Notes under the pieces: generated by a model
Told to the model about the DNA's origin: nothing
The model's input: only the letters and a program-made list of their open reading frames with translations
Databases searched by the model: none
Origin: a virus
Taxonomy: Duplodnaviria > Caudoviricetes
Direction: 5' to 3' (one strand)
Length of the DNA: 64,000 nt
IMG/VR virus record: IMGVR_UViG_3300042260_000337
Position numbers and translations under genes: made by a program
Shown here: positions 56,658 to 61,771 of the stretch, piece by piece
Layout of the letters: each line of letters starts with the position of its first letter
Position numbering within the stretch: the stretch's first letter is position 1

Positions 56658-56792
56658 TTTTGAGACATGGCGGTCAACCGCTCTTTAACGACAACGGTGG
56701 TCGGAACACTTATACATCAGGTTCCTATGACATAACTTTACATCGTTTAGCTTACAACGACTGGGAATACATGCTAACCCGCTGCTCCAAAA
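56658..56792. ncRNA. Candidate multibranched structured RNA
   Basis: Paired ends plus three hairpins (TCGTT/AACGA, GGAAC/GTTCC, ACCGTT/AGCGGT). Confidence 0.4.
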
Positions 56793-56802
56793 TATTACTA
56801 TC

Positions 56803-56879
56803 AGTGACACGAAAGGAGTTGAACCTTCATCTTTACTTTTTTGGAGTAACGCCTTATCCCTAGTTTTGGCCACGTGTAT
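56803..56879 (-). pseudogene. Degenerate tRNA-like sequence (Trp-like loop, no CCA)
   Basis: ACACG/CGTGT, GCC/GGC D-stem, TTACT-CCAAAAA-AGTAA, GAAGG-TTCAACT-CCTTT. Confidence 0.45.
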
Positions 56880-56895
56880 GTAGTAAAATAATCTA

Positions 56896-56970
56896 TGGTG
56901 CGGTCTAATGGATTTGAACCATTGACCTCTGTCGAGTCAGGACAGCGTTCTACCCCTGAACTAAGGCCGC
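56896..56970 (-). tRNA. tRNA-Val(GAC)
   Basis: CTGTC-CTGACTC-GACAG; CCA. Confidence 0.9.
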
Positions 56971-57692
56971 ATATCTATTTTCAAATTTTCTAACATGGTT
57001 CCGTTGAAATCAGCAAACTCAACCTTTTTTGTTGACAAGTATTTTTCTGCGACTAATTTAAGATGGTCATAGTTATCTACTATTGTCTTTTTACTTGGTG
57101 CTTTTAATTTAGATATATCAAATGGTGTTAGATTTTCTATTGGTGTATTACACAGTTCCATATTGGCAAAATCAACAACAGGATCAAAAGTAAGATTTTC
57201 CATATATACGATTTCATTATACTGAATATTAAAATCGTTTCTGCATATATATCCCAAATCCCATAACTGATTATCAACATACCATATAATCATATCATCT
57301 GTTATTTCAACTTTATCGAAGTTATGATATTCAACAAATTCTTTTTTTATATTTGCGATAGCAAGACTCAATGCACTTTGAAAGACATCTTTTCTTAATA
57401 TGACAATCGTATAATATTTTTTTTGGTAATATCGATCTATGACCCCATAGTCTTTCAAATCCACAATTTGAGTAATATGCGTTTTCATTACTACGGGGTC
57501 ATGTCGTTCAATGAAATTCAGCCGACTATTAAAAAGATTTGCTATTTCAGACGAAGATGTTATTTCTGGTGGTATTAGAAATGGTTCATTTACACAAACA
57601 TAATTTTTGTTCAGACTTGTCATGTGATGACAAATCATTCGTTGCATATATGTCGAACCATTTCTTGGATTACTTATTATTTGAATATTCAT
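56961..57692 (-). CDS. Sulfotransferase-like protein (Stf0 type)
   Basis: IISNPRNGST PAPS-binding loop; LRKD.F.SALS. Confidence 0.65.
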   Translation of the reverse strand: MNIQIISNPRNGSTYMQRMICHHMTSLNKNYVCVNEPFLIPPEITSSSEIANLFNSRLNFIERHDPVVMKTHITQIVDLKDYGVIDRYYQKKYYTIVILRKDVFQSALSLAIANIKKEFVEYHNFDKVEITDDMIIWYVDNQLWDLGYICRNDFNIQYNEIVYMENLTFDPVVDFANMELCNTPIENLTPFDISKLKAPSKKTIVDNYDHLKLVAEKYLSTKKVEFADFNGTMLENLKIDMRP

Positions 57693-57737
57693 TGTGTTAT
57701 TCCTTTGAATAATATTTATTCAATAGTGTGCTGCTAC

Positions 57738-57923
57738 GCCAAAGGAAAACAGAGCCAAAAATATCATAACGAGCGATTATGTTTCTGTTACTGTCCGCAT
57801 TTTCCCGCCCAGCCTCTCCCTATACCACTTGTTTTCACAGCCCGATATAGTCTCTTTGCGTTCACGGTGCTTCGTTCCACTCTTTAAAGGATGTGCTGCC
57901 TCTAAGCCAACCTCCTACTGAAC
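57738..57923 (-). ncRNA. Structured RNA containing a copy of 23S rRNA H43/H44 (uL11-binding GTPase-associated centre)
   Basis: AGGAGGTTGGCTTAGAGGCAGCACATCCTTTAAAGA (57916-57881) vs conserved 23S AGGAGGTTGGCTTAGAAGCAGCCATCCTTTAAAGA; closed by GTTCA/TGAAC; further helices downstream. Confidence 0.75.
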
Positions 57924-58631
57924 TTTCAAGTAATCATATTCTCCGCTTAGTAACTTTTCAACAAACGCAGGAACCATTTCTGTTGCAACCCCATCCATAC
58001 TTTCTGTAAACATATACTTGTTTTCAGAAGGATGTAGATTGATTTCAACAGTATGTGCTCTTGCTTTTTTCTTTGCAGTCTTCACAAATCCAGCCGCAGG
58101 ATAAACTGTTCCAGATGTTCCAATCGCAACAAAGATGTCACAACGTCTAAGTGCATCATCAATCACTTCCATGTAGTATGGAAATTCACCGAACCAAACG
58201 ATGTTTGGGCGTAATGCAGGATGATAGCAATCATCACAAATATCGTGTGTTTGCATCACTTCATTTGCAGTTGTAATGTCTCCACATTTTCTACAAATAG
58301 ATTCGTGCAAACTTCCATGCATATGCAATACGTTTTTTGACCCTGCTTTTTCATGTAAGTCATCTACGTTTTGAGTAATCAAAGTAACATCAAAATTTGG
58401 ATTATGCTGTAATGCTGCTAAAGCATAATGCGCTTTGTTTGGTCTTGCATCGGCAACTTCTTTACGTCTATGGTTATAGAAGTCTAATACAAGTTTTGGA
58501 TTTTTATAGAAACCTTCTGGGGTTGCTACATCAGTTACATCATATTCATTCCAACGTCCATCGGTATCACGAAATGTTTTGATTCCGCTTTCTGCGGAAA
58601 TTCCCGCCCCTGTCAATATGCATATTTTCAT
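57915..58631 (-). CDS. cobB: Sir2/CobB-family NAD-dependent protein deacylase
   Basis: GAGISAESGIKTFRD, FY..RR, TQNVDDLHE.AG, HMHGSL, LRP.IVWFGE, GTSG.VYPAA, EIN. Confidence 0.93.
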   Translation of the reverse strand: MKICILTGAGISAESGIKTFRDTDGRWNEYDVTDVATPEGFYKNPKLVLDFYNHRRKEVADARPNKAHYALAALQHNPNFDVTLITQNVDDLHEKAGSKNVLHMHGSLHESICRKCGDITTANEVMQTHDICDDCYHPALRPNIVWFGEFPYYMEVIDDALRRCDIFVAIGTSGTVYPAAGFVKTAKKKARAHTVEINLHPSENKYMFTESMDGVATEMVPAFVEKLLSGEYDYLKVQ

Positions 58632-58649
58632 TTCGTGTCCTTATAAGTT

Positions 58650-58725
58650 TGGTGGTGCTGGTAGGAATCGAACCTACGACAACCTAGTTATGAGCCAGGC
58701 ACTCTACCGACTGAGTTACAGCACC
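58650..58725 (-). tRNA. tRNA with CAU anticodon (elongator Met or Ile2)
   Basis: CCTGG-CTCATAA-CTAGG; paired G1-C72; CCA. Confidence 0.88.
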
Positions 58726-58745
58726 GAAAATTCTAGCCAGAAGCA

Positions 58746-58818
58746 AAACTGTTACGGGATTCGAACCCGCCTCTCCCCCGACTCCGCAGGAGTATCCTTT
58801 CCTATAGACGAAACAGTC
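58746..58818 (-). pseudogene. tRNA-like sequence with aberrant anticodon arm, no CCA
   Basis: GACTGTT/AACAGTT, GCGGG-TTCGAAT-CCCGT; anticodon loop 6 or 8 nt. Confidence 0.5.
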
Positions 58819-58893
58819 TACCTATCAACACCTCTACGACGATAATTGAAGATAGTCTTCTAGCTAAGGTAGTCGCAGCTACCTATTCTATGT

Positions 58894-58970
58894 TGGTGGC
58901 GGGTGAGGGATTTGAACCCCCGATCTTCTGGTTATGAGCCAGACGAGATAGACCACTTCTCCAACCCGCA
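58894..58970 (-). tRNA. Initiator-type tRNA-fMet(CAU)
   Basis: U1xC72 mismatch, GGAG/CTCG D-arm, TCTGG-CTCATAA-CCAGA; CCA. Confidence 0.88.
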
Positions 58971-58975
58971 TCAAT

Positions 58976-59091
58976 TGGAGGTCCGTTAGCCGATATAGAG
59001 TGGAACCTATATATCCGACCTTGCCGCTTTCGCAGCAAATATTTCACATCATTTTCTCTAATGAGAAGAACAGAGAGGTATGACACGGACC
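58976..59091 (-). ncRNA. 116-nt CCA-terminated structured RNA
   Basis: GGTCCGT/ACGGACC-T-CCA; TTGCTGC-GAAA-GCGGCAA; ATATAG-GTTCCACT-CTATAT. Confidence 0.65.
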
Positions 59092-59105
59092 AACATCTTA
59101 CTGTA

Positions 59106-59195
59106 TGGCGGTGTATACAGGATTCGAACCTGTGGCAGTCTTTCAACTGCGATGGTTTAGCAAACCACTGGTTTCAGCCACTCACCCAATACACC
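59106..59195 (-). tRNA. tRNA-Ser(GCU)
   Basis: Loop TTGCTAA, long V-arm, G73, CCA. Confidence 0.92.
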
Positions 59196-59196
59196 A

Positions 59197-59391
59197 TTAT
59201 GTTTTCAGTTGTAAGTTTTTCTCTTTTATGAAGTTAGCAATATCGCTTGGCCTAACACGAACTTCCCAATCGTCAATTACATATCCGATTTCGCGTTTGT
59301 CAAATGCTCCAACATATCTAATTTTGACATGTGAACGTCCAACAGAATATTCAAATGTTTGACCATTTACTTCAATCTTACGATAACTCAT
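59197..59391 (-). CDS. Hypothetical protein inside tRNA array
   Basis: 64 aa, SD GGAG. Confidence 0.6.
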   Translation of the reverse strand: MSYRKIEVNGQTFEYSVGRSHVKIRYVGAFDKREIGYVIDDWEVRVRPSDIANFIKEKNLQLKT

Positions 59392-59434
59392 TTATTTCTC
59401 CTTACGGGTTGCTAGGCACAGTGCCTATGGAATA

Positions 59435-59509
59435 TGGCGAGAGAGGTAGGAATCGAACCCACGACACCGAGTTTTGGAGACTCGTGTTCTACCACTGAAC
59501 TACACTCCC
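59435..59509 (-). tRNA. tRNA-Trp(CCA)
   Basis: CGAGT-CTCCAAA-ACTCG; CCA. Confidence 0.92.
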
Positions 59510-59517
59510 ATTTATAG

Positions 59518-59597
59518 TGGTATCAATCCCCTTACCCCGATGATGCTATCTTTGGACAACAGTATCGCTACTGCTTTTCTATGATGGATAGATTGAT
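59518..59597 (-). ncRNA. 80-nt CCA-terminated structured RNA
   Basis: ATCAATC/GATTGAT-A-CCA; GCAGTA-GCGA-TACTGT. Confidence 0.5.
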
Positions 59598-59607
59598 TAC
59601 ATATTTT

Positions 59608-59683
59608 TGGTGAACGGAGTGGGAATCGAACCCACGACAACAGAATTAAAAGTTCCGTGCTCTACCAACTGAGCTACCCGTCC
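59608..59683 (-). tRNA. tRNA-Lys(UUU)
   Basis: CGGAA-CTTTTAA-TTCTG; CCA. Confidence 0.92.
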
Positions 59684-59788
59684 GTAAACTTTACTGGTTC
59701 TCACGTCTTGAACCGAATGCTGTCTAGTATTGCGACTCCGACTCCCCGCTAATTGCAGGATGGAAGTATCTAGATCAAACACTTATAT

Positions 59789-59865
59789 TGGCACTTCCGA
59801 CAGGATTCGAACCTGTAACCTTTCGCTTCGTAGGCGAATGCTCTATCCAGTTGAGCTACGGAAGT
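59789..59865 (-). tRNA. tRNA-Arg(ACG)
   Basis: TTCGC-CTACGAA-GCGAA; CCA. Confidence 0.92.
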
Positions 59866-59918
59866 ATAAACAGTCGGAGTTTCTTTTAACGTGCTGCCGA
59901 ATCAGACACAGGTATTTT

Positions 59919-60022
59919 TGGTGAGTGTTTATCCATCGCAGGAGGCGCTTCCGCTAGTGGTGTACGGCCACATCAGACCTTGGACATTATGTGGCCACAT
60001 AATGTCTTGTCACTTCACACTC
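59919..60022 (-). ncRNA. 104-nt CCA-terminated structured RNA
   Basis: GAGTGT/ACACTC-A-CCA; perfect 24-nt palindrome GACATTATGTGGCCACATAATGTC (59983-60006). Confidence 0.55.
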
Positions 60023-60028
60023 ATAGTT

Positions 60029-60112
60029 TGGTGGGTGTCCTTGGAATCGAACCAAGCATAGGTTTCCCTGACGGAGTTACAGTCCGCTGCCTCACCTTGA
60101 GGCGGCACACCC
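60029..60112 (-). tRNA. tRNA-Tyr(GUA)
   Basis: GCGGA-CTGTAAC-TCCGT, V-arm, CCA. Confidence 0.92.
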
Positions 60113-60120
60113 AAATGTTA

Positions 60121-60247
60121 TGGTGCTGGATTTTTTCGGCGTCAACACTATGAGCGAGGAAGATAATCCCTCATGGGACTCTATCGCTTATCAACTGCTG
60201 ACGTTTTGACTTTACGTGGATTAGAATAAACCGCTTCCACAACCAGC
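60121..60247 (-). ncRNA. 127-nt CCA-terminated structured RNA
   Basis: GCTGG/CCAGC-A-CCA; GTGGA/TCCAC, CGTCAGC/GTTGACG, AGCGA/TCGCT, AGTCCC/GGGATT. Confidence 0.6.
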
Positions 60248-60307
60248 TTAGATGACCGACCTGTAATATGGTGACTTGACCATATCAGGGAGCATCGGTC
60301 GTAATAT

Positions 60308-60396
60308 TGGAGGACGTGGTGTGATTCGAACACACGGTATAACTTTCGTTAGCCGGATTTGCAATCCGGTGCCTTGAACCGCTCGGCCACACGTCC
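60308..60396 (-). tRNA. tRNA-Cys(GCA) with long variable arm
   Basis: CCGGA-TTGCAAA-TCCGG, U73, V-arm TAAC-GAAA-GTTA, CCA. Confidence 0.88.
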
Positions 60397-60453
60397 ATTT
60401 TTATCTCTTGCATTATGTATAACCTGATTCGCATCAAGAGTCAACAACTATTT

Positions 60454-60543
60454 TGGCGGATGGTGAGGGATTCGAACCCCCGCTACACTTTCATGTAGCC
60501 GCCCTTTCCAGGGGCGGATAATAAACCACTCTAACAACCATCC
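60454..60543 (-). tRNA. tRNA-Ser(GGA)
   Basis: CGCCC-CTGGAAA-GGGCG, long V-arm, G73, CCA. Confidence 0.9.
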
Positions 60544-60559
60544 ATTGTTTATGGTATTT

Positions 60560-60638
60560 TGGTCCTGCGGGAAGGATTCGAACCTTGCTCTCTCTGATCC
60601 ACAATCAGATGTGCTAACCGTTAACACTACTTCGCAGG
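60560..60638 (-). tRNA. tRNA-His(GUG), A73, no G-1, 2-nt bulge in acceptor stem
   Basis: TCTGA-TTGTGGA-TCAGA; CCTGCG(AA)G/CCGCAGG-A-CCA; -1 base is T. Confidence 0.82.
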
Positions 60639-60646
60639 ATTATTTT

Positions 60647-60724
<78 letters not shown>

Positions 60725-60735
60725 ACATTTTAGTG

Positions 60736-60855
60736 TGGTGCGTATGGCTGGACTTGAACCAGCATGTCACCATGACTCATTCAACCACCGTTGAACTTAT
60801 GGATTTGAACCACCTTACGTCCGTCGACGTGCGTCTACCATTTCGCCACATACGC
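60736..60855 (-). ncRNA. tRNA-Leu-type body without anticodon loop, with a second T-loop hairpin (120 nt)
   Basis: GCGTATG/CATACGC-A-CCA, Leu D-arm, ACGTC-GACG-GACGT, GTGG-TTCAAAT-CCAT, TTCAAC/GTTGAA, GCTGG-TTCAAGT-CCAGC. Confidence 0.7.
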
Positions 60856-60862
60856 AAATATT

Positions 60863-60937
60863 TGGTTGCCCCTACTGGATTTGAACCAGTGACCTATCCC
60901 TTATCAGGGGATTGCTCTACCACTGAGCTAAGAGGCA
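60863..60937 (-). tRNA. tRNA-Ile(GAU)
   Basis: ATCCC-CTGATAA-GGGAT; CCA. Confidence 0.92.
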
Positions 60938-60945
60938 TCATTATT

Positions 60946-61034
60946 TGGAAGATAGTATCAAGGGTCGCAAATTCCTTGTGTAGCCCACTTCAAAGCAAAC
61001 TTAATTACCCAAGCTACTGCGATAGAATACTATC
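60946..61034 (-). ncRNA. 89-nt CCA-terminated structured RNA
   Basis: GATAGTATT/GATACTATC-TT-CCA; GTAGCTT/GGGCTAC; AAGG/CCTT hairpin. Confidence 0.5.
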
Positions 61035-61044
61035 ATCAAAATAA

Positions 61045-61130
61045 TGGTGTGGGGGGCTGGATTCGAACCAGCGTTGCTTTTCAGCGCCTGATTTACAGTC
61101 AGGTGGTTTCAACCGCTCACCCACCCCCAC
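61045..61130 (-). tRNA. tRNA-Tyr(GUA), second copy with different body
   Basis: CCTGA-CTGTAAA-TCAGG, V-arm, CCA. Confidence 0.92.
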
Positions 61131-61230
61131 AAGAACACAGTGACCCTAACCGTTCTAACCGCTGAACTACATCGCAGTTTGAAGCCGCAATGGAGGGATT
61201 TGAACCCCCGACCTGTGTAGTATGTGTATA
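61131..61230 (-). ncRNA. Circularly permuted tRNA-like gene (3' half transcribed before 5' half)
   Basis: AGGTC-GGGGG-TTCAAAT-CCCTC-CATTGCG-G-CTTCAAA-C-TGCGATG-TA-GTTC-AGCGGTTA-GAAC. Confidence 0.7.
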
Positions 61231-61235
61231 TTTTC

Positions 61236-61324
61236 GTAATGAGTGCTCTATCTGGATTCGAACCCTCGGACAGCATCAGCCCTACACCTACCGATCTGCT
61301 GACCGGAAAATAGGAGATCATTAC
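61236..61324 (-). ncRNA. T-loop-containing structured element
   Basis: GTAATGA/TCATTAC closing stem; TCAGC/GCTGA; GG-TTCGAAT-CC. Confidence 0.4.
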
Positions 61325-61330
61325 ATAGCC

Positions 61331-61413
61331 CGCACAACCACGAATCGAACGTGTTTTCTTGACAACTGTCTATATAGACCAACTACCAGGTAGCTACAAC
61401 TGGCTGTTGTGCG
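61331..61413 (-). ncRNA. tRNA-like element with 8-bp acceptor + 4-bp T-stem
   Basis: CGCACAAC/GTTGTGCG; CACG-TTCGATT-CGTG; no canonical D or anticodon arm. Confidence 0.5.
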
Positions 61414-61459
61414 ATTGTTGATGAGGTTTACCATGAGTCATTTTAACTCATCAACAATA

Positions 61460-61592
61460 TTTCTGTTTTCAACTGTAACAACTGTTGGACTCGAACCAAC
61501 CCCACCTTGTCCTGAAACTACTCGTAGTTATACTACTTTCGCCCAAGGTTTATGACACCCTTGCACCGTATTGTTACATGTGAAAACAGAAA
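61460..61592 (-). ncRNA. tRNA-like element enclosed in 12-bp helix
   Basis: TTTCTGTTTTCA/TGAAAACAGAAA; TGTAACAA/TTGTTACA; GTTGG-TTCGAGT-CCAAC. Confidence 0.45.
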
Positions 61593-61616
61593 TTATTTCA
61601 TTCTGTTTTTTCTAAA

Positions 61617-61644
61617 TTGTCAAAGAGCAGTGAAGCATCGCTTC
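61617..61644 (-). promoter_or_regulatory. rrn-like boxB hairpin + boxA antitermination signal
   Basis: GAAGC-GAT-GCTTC followed by TGCTCTTTGACAA, downstream of promoter 61670-61689. Confidence 0.7.
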
Positions 61645-61703
61645 GTTTTCTTACATTGTCTTTATATACTGATTCGCTTATAAAGTCAACATCTTTTTTC
61701 AAT

Positions 61704-61738
61704 AAAAAACCCTCCGAAGATTTTCATCTTGGAGGGTT
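61704..61738 (-). terminator. Rho-independent terminator (candidate attenuator)
   Basis: AACCCTCCAAGAT-GAAA-ATCTTCGGAGGGTT-TTTT. Confidence 0.8.
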
Positions 61739-61771
61739 CCTGTGTTCGTTAGAACTGTATGGATATGTAAG

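Noticed and set aside
57795-57825. Resemblance of GGGAGAGGCTGGGCGGGAAAATG to sarcin-ricin loop or 23S ~1110-1130
   Set aside because: Too short and gapped to support by eye; would need alignment
58825-58890. AGGTAG-CTGCGA-CTACCT hairpin
   Set aside because: Single short hairpin; insufficient for an RNA call despite the shared UGCGA loop
59694-59780. Structured spacer with TCTAG/CTAGA and GGTTC/GAACC-A end
   Set aside because: Ends in ACCA but no matching 5' acceptor strand; not counted as a CCA RNA
60252-60302. Long hairpin GACCGA..CCTG..ATATGG/CCATAT..CAGG..TCGGTC
   Set aside because: No CCA or tRNA motif; probably a processing or spacer stem
61131-61230. Permuted tmRNA interpretation
   Set aside because: Has a full D-stem, G.U at 4:69 rather than 3:70, and no mRNA-like domain
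61109-61393. ORFs overlapping the tRNA-like elements (61109-61321 minus, 61190-61393 plus)
   Set aside because: No SD or protein-like features; the region is better explained by RNA structure
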